In this document: in pieces, positions 33,854 to 47,801 of the stretch | Position numbering within the stretch: the first letter of the stretch is position 1 | How the letters are laid out: each line of letters starts with the position of its first letter | Source: the human T2T-CHM13v2.0 reference genome, Homo sapiens | NCBI RefSeq assembly: GCF_009914755.1 | Contig: NC_060926.1 | Direction: 5' to 3' (one strand) | Length of the DNA: 64,000 bases | Program-made: the position numbers and the translations under genes | The notes under the pieces: generated by a model | Seen by the model: the letters and a program-made list of their open reading frames with translations, nothing else | The model's database searches: none | Told to the model about the DNA's origin: nothing

Positions 33854-35497
33854 TTATTTGCATCCCTCATAACAGCAACCACTATGTTTCTTCATTGTAG
33901 CAGGTGTTTGGTGTTAACTTGTTAGATGGAAAAGACATCAATATTTCTACTGAATGGAATATTTGCTGAAGGAATATAAGACAGTGGCTCAAATGACTCA
34001 TGTATGTAACTAGAAGTCTTCTCATCCTGCTTCTCTTGAGTTACTGGCTTTGAGGAATGAATACAGCTACTCTCTGGGGAGATCTGATCACTAAGTACAG
34101 ATTGTTAGTCAGATAACTTATCATTTCAACACTCCAATATATACTTTCTCTCCTCACAGTATGTTGCCATGTCTCATCATTTCCCAGAAAAGCCAAAGGT
34201 CTTCTCCCTAAGACCTCAGTCTTTGCAACCAGACCAGCGGACAGTGGGCAATCCCTCTGATGGGCAGCACTTCAGGATGTGCATGCTTCCAACAGCTGTG
34301 TCAGAAAGGACACTCCCCCGGAAGGTTTAACAATGTGGAGGGCTGGACACTCAGTCTGTATGGACTTATCTCTGGGCCACTGCTCAGTTTCCAGCCATAG
34401 GAGGAAAAGTCTTAATGTATCCCTTAGGGTCCCTCTCTCATAAAGGCTACTACTACTAGACCATGAAAATATTCATGTTTTAAGGTAGAGGGGTTGAAAG
34501 AAAATGAAAGTATAGCTATTAATCTCATGCATGTTTTCCCAGAAAAATAGTCCTAACTAGACCAAACAGCCAGCTTCATACTGTGAAGTCATGATAAGGT
34601 GAGTGGTTAAAGGGCATGGGCTATGCAATAAAATATCAGACAGAGCCCTAATTGTGCTACACATCGCACACAAGGTCCAAAGGTGAGAGGTCTGTTCTGC
34701 TTTTAAGATGAATGTTGTTAGTGCCATTCAGTTCACCACTAATGGGTTACATGACAGCAAGGTAAAGATTTATTAGCTACTCATAAAACAGAAAAATTTT
34801 TGCACATACCTCATCCTGTAATATATTTGTATATCATTTTTATATGAGCTTCTCATGTGCACCCTTCTATATCTGCACTTACAACCAGCAAACACATGAT
34901 GCATTGGAGCAAGTATATAAATCACGAGGGGAAATTCCAAGAGTAGAATTTTGATGAATCAGATCCAGTTATTTATTGTATTCATATTTTTTCTTATACA
35001 AAATATATGGCTACAAAGATATTTGATGTACAATATAATACTGAAAATATGACATGCACATAGACACAGAAAAGGCATGTAAAGGTGGGTAAAGGATCCA
35101 AATTCTATTGTCTAAGGGAATTTTCAGAAACAATGTAAATCAAGTGATGGTATATAATCAAATCATAAGCCCATATGAAGGAGAAGAAAACTTGACTTAA
35201 GACATTTCTTTTATATATTGAAGCTGCAAAAGGAAGAACTGAAACAAGGTTTGTTCTTTTTTTTGGTTAGGATATTAGAGGGCCCTCGTGTGGTTACCAT
35301 TGGTCCCTGCAAATCGGTAAAGTAGAGCAGTTTTTAGTAATTCTTAGTTCAGCCCTTTTTCTCCAGGCACATAAAGTATATAAATCAACTCTCTCAAAAA
35401 TATCCTAATTTTAAAGAATACTAGTGAGGATTCCATAATCCCATATCCCTGGATGGATATTTTAATGTAATATAGAAAACTTCACTTAAGAAATTCT

Positions 35498-36198
35498 ATC
35501 ATCTCATACCAGTTAGAATGGCAATCATTAAAAAGTCAGGAAACAATAGGTGCTGGAGAGGATGTGGAGAAATAGGAACACTTTTACACTGTTGGTGGGA
35601 CTGTAAATTAGCTCAACCATTGTGGAAGACAGTGTGGCGATTCCTCAGGGATCTAGAACTAGAAATACCATTTGACCCAGCCATCCCATTACTGGGTATA
35701 TACCCAAAGGACTATAAATCATGCTGCTATAAAGACACATGCACACGTATGTTTACTGTGGCACTACTCACAATAGCAAAGACTTGGAACCAATCCAAAT
35801 GTCCAACAATGATAGACTGGATTAAGAAAACGTGGCACATATATACACCATGGAATACTACGCAGCCATAAAAAATGATGAGTTCATGTCCTTTGTAGGG
35901 ACATGGGTGAAGCTGGAAACCATCATTCTCAGCAAACTATCGCAAGAACAAAAAACCAAACACCGCATATTCTCACTCATAGGTGGGAATTGAACAGTGA
36001 GAACACTTGGACACAGGAAGGGGAACATCACACACCGGGGCCTGTTATGGGGTGGGGGGAGGGGGGAGGGATAGCATTAGGAGATATACCTAATGTAAAT
36101 GATGAGTTAATGGGTGTAGCACACCAACATGGCACATGTATACAAATGTAACAAACCTGCACATTGTGCACGTGTACCCTAGAACTTAAAGTATAATT

Positions 36199-36244
<46 letters not shown>
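35498..36244 (+). mobile_element. 5'-truncated L1PA (L1PA4-like): ORF2 C-terminus plus 3'UTR, tail converted to (TA)~21
   Basis: ORF2 peptide [27 protein letters not shown]; G-rich 3'UTR; TSD aagaaattc. Confidence 0.95.
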
Positions 36245-36247
<3 letters not shown>

Positions 36248-36565
36248 AAATTCCACATTTAACCAAGTTATATTCATTTCTTCCTGTGAGGCTGAAAATG
36301 GGTGTGCAAATGGGCTTATCATCTTCCTGTCTCGAACATTTTAGTACATTATCAACTCCCTCTCACCTTCCTCTGAGTCAAAAAATCTTAAATTTCTTCA
36401 GTTTTGCCTCATATATCCTACCTTTTTAAATTTGTGATTTAGGCTGTATGTATTTCCAGAGAAGCCCTGTCAACATTCGAAAGCTTTTCAGCCTCTAAAT
36501 CAAACTCAAAAAAAAAAAAAAGAAAAAATGCTTTAAAAAAATCAGTCAAATTCCTCAAACCATCA

Positions 36566-36754
<189 letters not shown>

Positions 36755-37131
36755 CTAGGATACAATACACTGAGTCAAATACATGCCGCTCACATGTCTT
36801 AGCTGACTTATAACATCAGACGGTCAGGAAAAGACTCACTTCTGAGTCACAATCTTAGCTCTATTTTCTCATAATTTTCAATCTTTGGGGAAATTTCTCC
36901 TTACCCACACAGGACAGATCAGATTAGAGAAAGCCAAGCTTAGATGAGATCCAGAACGAAGAGAGCAGGAAGGAACATTATGCCTGGTTTTAGGAAATGC
37001 TCCACGAGATAGTCACCAAAGACATGATCCAAGAAGGAAGCCAGAAGAATGGACATTTAGGCTTCTCTTAACTGATGGTCTTTGAGCTCTTACTGTCATA
37101 TGTGGTTATTATAAAGTTCTTACCACCTTGA

Positions 37132-37439
<308 letters not shown>

Positions 37440-39412
37440 GAAACTTTTAAACATCATTGACTTCTCTTCTTTCTTCCTTCTCCTATACAGTAAGCCACAA
37501 AATCCTTCTCATTTTCTCACTGTAGTGTCCTCTATTTGTCCCCTCCCAGCCTGAACACCACCCCATTATTTTGGGACTTTATTTTATGTGTGTAAGTGCT
37601 GGTGGCTTCTCAGCTGCTCCACATCTCTATCACCATAGTCATTTAACTGGCCCGTTACTATAAGAATATTCTTTCTAAACACTTCAATTACATCACCACC
37701 CCAATACAAAGCTTCTCATGGCTATCCATTGTCCACAGAAAAGACATTCCCACTCTTTGGTCAGTTTTTCATTACTCTTTAACAGTCTGCCTACATGCCT
37801 TTCCAGTTTAGTCGCCCATTACACACCCATACAAACTCATCACATACCGTCTAGAACTTTGGGTAAGTCACTTAAGTTCTCTGAGCTATATGTTTCTTAC
37901 AAAAACATGTCTCCTTCATTCCTGACATTTCTCCCCCATAATGTGTTAGAAGAATGGAAGCCATGTCTGTCATGATCACTGCAGAATCTCTGATAACATG
38001 AAATCATGAATGAGCATAAACCATTTACCTCAGCATTGCAGTAAGATGGACTACAATGTAGCAAAGCATTTTTTGGTCTGTTTGTTTAATTCTAAAACTA
38101 TACAAGTGCTATCTATCATTATCCTTAGGGGCCCAATGTTGTAAGTTTTCAAAGTAAAATTGACTCAAGGTAATAATGAAACCCATTATCTTAAGTACAA
38201 TTAGAAATTGTAAGTTTTCCATGATCAGATAGTTAATTAGGTCATCAAAGATGAAAGAGGCTATTAGGAGAGCCAGGAGACTCAGTACCTATAAACCAAG
38301 TATCAAGGCACATGATGTATGCCAAATAACAGGCAAAAAAGAACTGACCTTTCAAACCAATGGAGCTCAGTTAACAAAGTACCTTAACACCTAGAGATGA
38401 AGGTATCTAGGCAAATGCCAGAGGCAGATAGTATATTTATGCCTATTTAGAAACCTATTTTCCCATTATGGAACAGAATGTTTCATATGGAACTCTATGT
38501 ACATCATCAAGAAATGGGGCAGGTCCCATATAGAAAACATTTTTACATCTTTATAAAGAAATAACTTTAAGCAATGGATGTACCAGAAAACAAAGCAGAA
38601 AAATGGACAGAACAGGAATCTTTCCCAGTCCTTTCTCTTACTATCCAATTCTGGGTACAAAAAAATAAAGGTTTTGTGTGAGATTTTGTCATCAGCCTCA
38701 CATCCTGGGTAATGTTTCCTCTTCACTAACCTTGAGTGAAACATCCTTCTTCTCAGGTCTTGTAAAAAGTACTCCAGTGATAAAACCTGTGTGGACTTGC
38801 ATTGACAGGTTCTGACCCCAAATGTCACATTGGTCCCATTTGGTTTGTGCTTCTAATACAATTGTCCACTATTTCTGCCACTACTCAAAATGTCATAAAA
38901 TAGCAATTAAACTATTTTGCACCAATGGATGTGGCTAATACCTATTTTTAAATAATACATATTAGAACCAAACCCATATCCTCTGTATGTAAATGGAGAG
39001 TAACAAGCTTTTATTACTAACACAATCCTATTAACCATCTTGTTTAAGGGAAAAATACAAAGAGCATAAATTAGAATGGCCTATTTACCTAATTTCTTAG
39101 GAATGTTTTGAAGGGATGGGTGGTCATTAACGGTACAATGATGCACTTGTAATTATAAAGACAAATGGGTGTCTACATGTAGGTCAACTATGATTTGTAT
39201 GTAGTGTCATAGCCTAATGTGATGTTAAGAGGCTTGTCTAAAATCCATTCTCAAAAGAACTATACTGCAAAAGCCTTGCAGTAGTGACTGTATCTTAGTC
39301 ACTCTGTTATCCCCAATAGCTTTTAGGGCTGTGCCTGGGAGAAAGAGGGTGCTCAGATAAAAACAAATTGCCAAAAACTTGAATTTCCAACCAAAATACA
39401 AGGAGACAACTA

Positions 39413-39764
<352 letters not shown>

Positions 39765-40426
39765 GCGTGTTCTTTTACCGAAATACTTAAGATTTGGGGG
39801 AAAAAAATGAGGGAAGCTAAAGACCCTAAAACCACAAACAGAAGATTTTAAAAATCCCATTGTAAATGTACCAGTTTAAAAATTGAGAAGTGGGAGGCAA
39901 CATAATGATTAAATGCTTTGAATTTGGAAAAAGACAAGCCTGGTTCTGAGCTCTAGTTTGCTACTCACTAGCAATGTCACCTTGGGCAAATTAGTTAAAA
40001 TTTTTAAACCTCAGTTTCTTTTCCTGTTAAATGGGGATCATAACTACATTAAAGGAAGGTTAACTGAGATAGTTCATATGAATTTTTGAGCATGCTGCCT
40101 GTGACACGTCAAATATGAGGTCCTATTATTTTCACAAATAATAGTTTTCTTTTCTGAAACAGTTTCCTAAGGATCACAGTGTTTCTTGCTAAAGCCCATA
40201 CACAAGGCTCAAAAAAAGGAGGACCAGTGAAAACTGTGTTTGTTAACAGGCTCCTTGTAAGTATGTGTGGCCGAGACTAAGTTCTGACCAGTAAGATGTA
40301 AAACATAGTACTTCTGGGAAATCTGATAAGGGACAGATGATCCTTCGTTCTGTCCTTCACCCATCCTACCCTCTGAAACACAAATTTAATAGTGGAGCTC
40401 CAGTAGCCATACTGAACCATGGTGAT

Positions 40427-41037
40427 TGTTGAGGAAAAGAGTCAAACTCTGTAAAATATTTGAAGAGATTTATTCTGAGCCAAGCATGAGTGGCCAATGG
40501 CTTGTGACACAGCCCTCAAGAGATCCTGAGAATGTCTACCCAAGGTGGACTTGGTTTTATACATTTTAGAGAGGGCTAAGACACCAAAAACACATGCAAG
40601 ATATATGTTAGTTCAGTCTGGAAAGGCGAGACAACTGGAAGCAGGGGTGGGGGCGGTTCTAGGTCATAGGGAGATTCAAAGATTTTCTGTTTGGCAATTG
40701 GTTATTATCTAAAGATCTGGAATCAATAGAAAGGAATGTCTGGGTTATGATAACGATTGTGGAGACCAAGGTTTTATCATGCAGATGAAGCCTCCAGGTA
40801 GCAGGCTTCAGAGAGAATAGACTGTAAATATTTCTTATCAGACTCAAAGGCTCTGTTCTATCAGTCTTAAGGTCTCTGTGTTGGTGTTAATGCTGGTCAG
40901 CTGCAAGGCATATCCAACCCCCCACTTTCCATCATGGCCTGAACTAGCTTTTTTAGGTTAACTTTGGAATGTCCTTGGCTGAGAGGAGGGGTCCATTCAG
41001 ACGGTTGAGGGGTTTAGAATTTTATTTTTGGTTTACA
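40427..41037 (-). mobile_element. MER4-group (ERV1) solo LTR inside an older MLT1-type LTR
   Basis: Minus strand begins tgtaaaccaaaaataaaattctaa..; TG..CA termini. Confidence 0.85.
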
Positions 41038-41073
41038 AAATGAAGGATGGCTGAGCAAAAAGTTGGAAGGAGC

Positions 41074-41773
<700 letters not shown>

Positions 41774-44158
41774 GAGAATACAGTCTTGTATGTTAAAACG
41801 TATATGGGTTTTCCACTACAATACAGTCAAATCAAATCCCACTGGAAACAGTGAAGTTTCCACACTGCAGAGGAAAGACAGTCTCTCTAAAAGTAAAATC
41901 AGAAACCACCATTATATGTAGGGATTTTCCCTATTTGGTGAATAATGATATATCTATCATTCACCTTTAATACAGCCAGAATACAATTCCCAATTTAAGT
42001 GAAATGTACAGTTGGAACTTACCAAGCTGGGATTTGAACCCATGTTTCTGTCTGACCCCAAAGCCCAATGAGCAATATCTTTTTCCCCACCTCTCTGCTT
42101 TTCATACATCATCTCCTTTTTTCCATTCTGCTTTCTGCCTACCATCTTTTCCTTTTTATGTTCTTCCCACTCCCCTCACACCTTATATCATACTTTATTT
42201 TAGGAAAACATTTCATTATGTATTGAATGAGGCTGACGGTAACAGCCACTCACAGTGCTTGGCCTCACCAGTTTCAACACTGCAAAGTTTCAAGTGGAAA
42301 GACTGCTACTGATCCCAGACAGCATGCTCTACATACTGCGTCCAATTCTCATCGCTAATCTGTTGGAAGGATGGCCATGGGTGGAGAATAGGTCCTATTT
42401 GTATCCCACAAGGGGCTCTATTTCAGAGTCAAATGGAATGTGTATATTGTTTACACATGTTTTTTACATCTGCCAAGTACTTAGGGGAAAAGTCTCAATT
42501 AAGACCTCCATCAAAGCCACACAGCTAGGGCACTGACTGAATATAGCACTTCTAAGGAGCAATCCCTTGGTGTGAGTTTTGGCTCTGCTCTGGGCCCACT
42601 GTGTGACCTTGGACAGGTTTCCTTAGTGCTTTGCTTTATTCACATAAAGGAAATTACTCAGGTCACAGCTGAATTGTGAAAAATAGATTCTACTTTAAAA
42701 TGAAGAGAAGAGCATGCAAAGTCCAAGCATGCCATTTCTATTTGTGACACACATATCAATTATGTCAGGAAAATGGATCACTTTCCCACAGGAAATGCTA
42801 CCTAGTTCAAGCCAGCAATGAAGCTGACCTAGTACATTTGGATCACTTTATGTCACAGTTTTTGAACAGCCTGCAATTATTTATGTAAGTATCTATCACA
42901 TATTAATAAATGCTGTCTAGAGTAGAGTATGTCGAGAATGCAGGCATGAAAAAAGAAATCATATGGAAAAATAGATCCTTTTCACATTGGCTACTAGCAA
43001 AGCAAATTTTGAACAATATTGATTCCCTAATGCTAAGTTTCATTAAGGAAATTCACTCAAGCTTTACAGTGCTGGGCCAACTAACAACTCAAAAACTGAA
43101 AGGAATGCAAATACACAAACTCGAATCTCATTTTTAAAAACATCTACCCTTTCACTGCTTCAGGGCATAGTCAGAGTCAGGAAATATGGGCTAGTTGGAG
43201 CCAAGTGGTATTTTAGTGAAGCCAAACAAAATACATTTCTTTCTTTACACAATTCTTTCTTTTTTCTTTTTTTAAAAAAACTTCTATTATTTTAAGAAAA
43301 GAAAAAGCCATCACTATTTATGAAGAAATACCAACCTCAGGCTCAACAAATCTAAGTTAAAGAAGTTTGAAATCGTTTCCAGTTACTATTTTGCCACTAA
43401 GGAATACATATTAAAAGGCTATATAAACAAAATAAAACAAAAAGTGCTTGTAACTATGCTACAGAACGCTACAGAAAGACAGAACATCCGATCTTCCATT
43501 TTTCTTTCTGTAAAGAGTTATGTAAACAGTGAAAGGACAATAATTGATAAGCCAGAAGCACTATGTATTGTATCTGCTGTAAATTCTGGTGTCTTAGCCT
43601 ACAAAGTCTTGGAAGTGCTCAAAAAAAGGCTCATTGTAATCTACTTTCATTTTTTAAAGATTGTATTTACTTACCCATTCTCTTCCTTCCAAATTATAAC
43701 TCTCTTCTCAGCTCCTGGCTCCTTCCCCCAAGATTCCCCCAGTTATAAGGAATAAACATGCTATTATTTTCTTTATGTCTTAGACAGACTCTTTGTCACA
43801 AATAGTGGAGATGAAAAGGGCTGAATGATACAGTTTATCCTCAGTAAAAAAATCGTCATGCTAACTTGGTTCTTTTGAAGGAATCAGTAGTCCCAATTAT
43901 TTCATGACATCTGTATCAGTCACAAAAAAGCTTATAGAAAAGTATTACGTTTAACTGCTATGACTGCAGCTCTAAAGGTGCTAGGAGAGGAAACAGGGAT
44001 TTGTGGTACTTGGGCCAGAGTCCCAAAAACAGTCGGTTAGTAGATGTGGACAAGCACAATATAAGTACAACACTTTGATGTAAAATGTTAGCTAAGGGAG
44101 TGGTATTTTATATGTTGGGAGTGACAGTATTTAGGCGTTCAACCTGTAAGAGGGGAGC

Positions 44159-44360
44159 CAGTGTTATGTTGGAGATGGCTTGTACCAGCTTGTGAGAGCA
44201 GACTGTAATTTTAAGGAATTCTGTGAGCAGGTTGATGTGATGCTGACAGCATGTAATTGACCATGTTGGGAGAATTTACACCATCAAAACTGGCAAGTGC
44301 TACAAATCAGCCCTCCTCTCCACCTGCCACAGAGAGCTGATTGTTCAACATTTCCCAACT
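44159..44360. mobile_element. MER63-like hAT DNA transposon remnant
   Basis: ccagtgttatgttggag..tttacaccatcaaaactggcaagtgctacaaatcag..gattgttcaacattt resembles the recalled consensus. Confidence 0.6.
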
Positions 44361-46082
44361 TACAGCTGTGGAAGAGTGGGAATAAAGTTATCCAAATTAC
44401 CACATTTTAGGTGGAGTAGAAGTGCATTACCATGAAATGTTGAAATCATATATTCATATATATATATTTTAAGATGGAGGTCATATATATATATATTTAA
44501 ATCCATGCAGGTCATAAAGACAACTGTTAAAAAAGAAAAGGCAAAGACCATCTCTGTACTTAGGCAATTCCTTCAAGATTCCATGAGTCTACTGTTTTAC
44601 TCAGAAATTTATTCATAAAACCGATCTCTGCTCTATTTTCTCATTCAAAAAGGTACACAACCCCTAGACAGTTTATTTTTGCCATCTGCCTTCTATGTAC
44701 ACTTACGCATTAATTCTTTCTAACATATTTTTACCTTTTAAAATAGACAAGAAGTCCTTAAAAACCATGTGCTATCTATCATTTTATAGTTTAATTCCAT
44801 CAACAGCTAGATTGCTGCATAACTTAAGGTAATTAAACCAGATACCCACCACAAGAGGTATCAGTTGTTTCTAAGCAATTAAAAATGTGTCACAAAAGTA
44901 ACAAATGTGGTGGTCAAGTAGACAACATATTTTTCAAAATGTAGCACTTATCTTGCTAAGAGACTTTTGAAATTATAATAAGTTGTGGCCTCCAAATATT
45001 AAGTTGCACTTTACTCACTGAGATAAATAGGACTTGACCCAGTAAATAGTTGCCATCAGTTTCATGCAAGATTGAAACCAGGGTCTGGGTCATTACTGAA
45101 ACAACTGTAGCCACACAGGCTATTAGGGTCTGGTAAAATGAGAATTCTCAAATAGGCTCAGCCTGTGGTACTTTCTACCCTACAAATATTTGTTCTGTTC
45201 TAAAATCTGTCCTCATAACCATAACTGCTATTTGCTGTGGTTCTCAAAGATGAGTATTTGGACCATTCTGATACTTAAACTCCCAATCTGACACCCAAAG
45301 TCAAAACCTCTAGAGTTACAAAGCTTGGACATAGCAATGGAAGCCAATTTAGCTGGGAGATATTGTAACACATGATTTCTGTAAGGAAAAACACAACAAA
45401 CTATGGGAAAGATATTTCACTTTAAATAAGAAGATGGTTCCCATTGTATATTTTTATTTTTTAAAATCTCATGACATTTATGATATGTCACTTATAAAGT
45501 TCAAAGTTTCTTCGCATCTTGATTTAGGCCCAAAGAGAATAATCTGGGGGAAAAAACCCTGGGTTAATATTGTTTGAGAGTCTAAAGCAAAGAGGCAGGG
45601 GGAAATAGTCCGTATTTAACATCTTAAAGGAAATTTTAAAAAAAGAGACTTTTTTTTCTAAAAATTAAATCAAATAATCCCATTATGTAAACTTGAGAAA
45701 TAACAACTTTCACGGTTTTGTTTTCTCATTATCCAAGTCATCTTGTAGCATTCTCTCAGTTTGACTCTCTGCAGTACAGCATCCACTGATTTCATGTAAT
45801 TCATATGTGTCTCTTGAAATTCACTCATTATTTCTTCACAGGAACCAGAAATACCCACCTGGTGCTTTCCTGTCTCTGTGCCTTTCCTTTGGGTGTTTTC
45901 CCCACCCCATTCCTATTTTCTCTCTCCTCCAAAATCTCTTTTAACCAAACTTCAACCCATCATTTAAGGCTCACCTCAAACACTGCTGTTACTATGAAAA
46001 CTTTCCAGGTATCTCATGCCATAAATAAGTCATTCTACAGTGGACCCTTGCATAGCACATACCAGTGCTAAGGCACACATCC

Positions 46083-46167
46083 TTTTTTTTTTTTATCTTT
46101 TTTTTTTATTATACTTTAAGTTTTAGGGTACATGTGCACAACGTGCAGGTTTGTTACATATGTGTAC
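46083..46167 (-). mobile_element. Extremely 5'-truncated L1PA (about 60 bp plus tail)
   Basis: ttattatactttaagttttagggtacatgtgcacaacgtgcagg; TSD aggcac(a/g)cat(c/t)cttt. Confidence 0.92.
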
Positions 46168-47502
46168 AGGCACGCATTCTTTTATAATTCAAAGAAGAGG
46201 CATTTAGGGTAAAAGAGCAATGTCTAGGAAAGGGATGGTTAGTGGCTTTACACAGGAAGTACATGATTTTGTGCCAATGTGTCGATCTGATTTCAGTTCC
46301 AGTTCTAAATTACTTGGCTTTCAAGGATGTTTCTAAAACCCTAGTTTCATGATCATGGCTGACGGAGAATACAACCACCAGAGCAGAATTCCACTGATAC
46401 AGCAAGAGAACAAATCCACTCAGACACCACAGTATCAGAGCATGCATCATACAGAAACAGAGAACATTCCATGTCATTATACAGGTGTAAGGCAGGAGCA
46501 AACAGCCCAGGTCAGACTACCCTGCAGTGATCAAGAACAACATGGACAGCAAAGAACTGTAACACCAAAAAGAAACCCTGCTGTGAAAATGCCATTCTCT
46601 CAGACCACCATGGTTAAGGGAGACCAGCCATTCCTTAAGAGGAGGAATAGGATGCTGACATGAATCCTACAGTATATCCCTTATAAGTCATCATGCATTT
46701 CCTATAAGAGTAAAGATTCATCAATTAACAAATCTGTATTATTTTCATGAAATGCCAAACTGATGAGATTTTTTGGTTACTATTTTATATAGATCCCTAC
46801 TTCTACCTCTAAATTTCAGTAAATTATGAATGATAATAATACCTACCTTATAAATTATCAGGAGGCTCCCACAGCATCCTGCCAAGCCCTTGCTATCTTC
46901 ATGATAATTGCTGAAGATATCCCTTCACCCTCCTTACTGGTGAGAGGCAGGAGAAGAGCACAGACTCTGGAGCTGGACTGCCTGGGTGCAAATCCAATTC
47001 CACCACTTACGAATTGTGGGACCTTGGTCAATTCACGTAATCATGCTGTGCCTCAGTTTCCTCTTCTATATAATGTGGATAAAAATAGCACCCATCTCCA
47101 GGCTGCTGTGAGCACTAAATGAACTAGTGTCTGGCCCAGGGGCAATGCTACATACTCCAGAATACTACACTAAGTGGTAAATTTTTATCATTGTTAGCAC
47201 AATGGTACACACCTCAGAAGTGTTGCTGAATGACTAAATAAGTGAAAACACGAAAGGAAGATGTTACACTAGAGAAGAGGAGATGGAGGCAAATTTTAGC
47301 CTGAGAACATTTCTGTTAAGAACCATTTCCTTTCATGCAGATGAGGATATGGACATCCTGTTTCATATCAACTCTAGAAATCAGTCATCACTGTGGAAAA
47401 TAACTTCATAATAGTTAATAGTTTTGATGTTGCATTACACGAAAAATGTTTTCTCCCTTCAAATGTTCTAGAAGCACAGCAACTCATTTTTAAAAGGGTC
47501 AA

Positions 47503-47801
47503 GGCAGGCAGGGTGGCACGTGCCTATAGTTCCAGCTACTTGGGAGGCTGAAGTGGGAGGACTGCTTGAGCCCAGGAGTTCTGGACTACAGTGTGCTATG
47601 CCAGTCAGGTGTCCACACTAAGTTCCCCAACAATATGGTGAACTCCGAGGAGTTGGAGATCACCAGGTTGCCTAAGGTAGGAGGAACCAGCCCAGGTTAG
47701 AAATGGCACAGGTTGAAACTCCCATGCTGATCAGTAGTGGGATCATATCTGTGAACAGCCACTGTACTCCAGCCTGGGCAACATAGCAAGATCCTGTCTC
47801 T
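47503..47801 (+). pseudogene. Full-length 7SL (SRP RNA) retropseudogene
   Basis: Alu-like ends plus the central S-domain absent from Alu (gtgtccacactaagttc..caatatggtga..caccaggttgcctaagg..actcccatgctgatcagtagtgggatc); A-rich tail; degenerate TSD taaaaggg. Confidence 0.93.

Noticed and set aside
36049-36070. G-quadruplex-forming G-tract
   Set aside because: Standard feature of L1 3'UTRs
46349-46663. 104-aa + strand ORF in unique-looking sequence
   Set aside because: No recognisable domain or splice context; length within chance expectation
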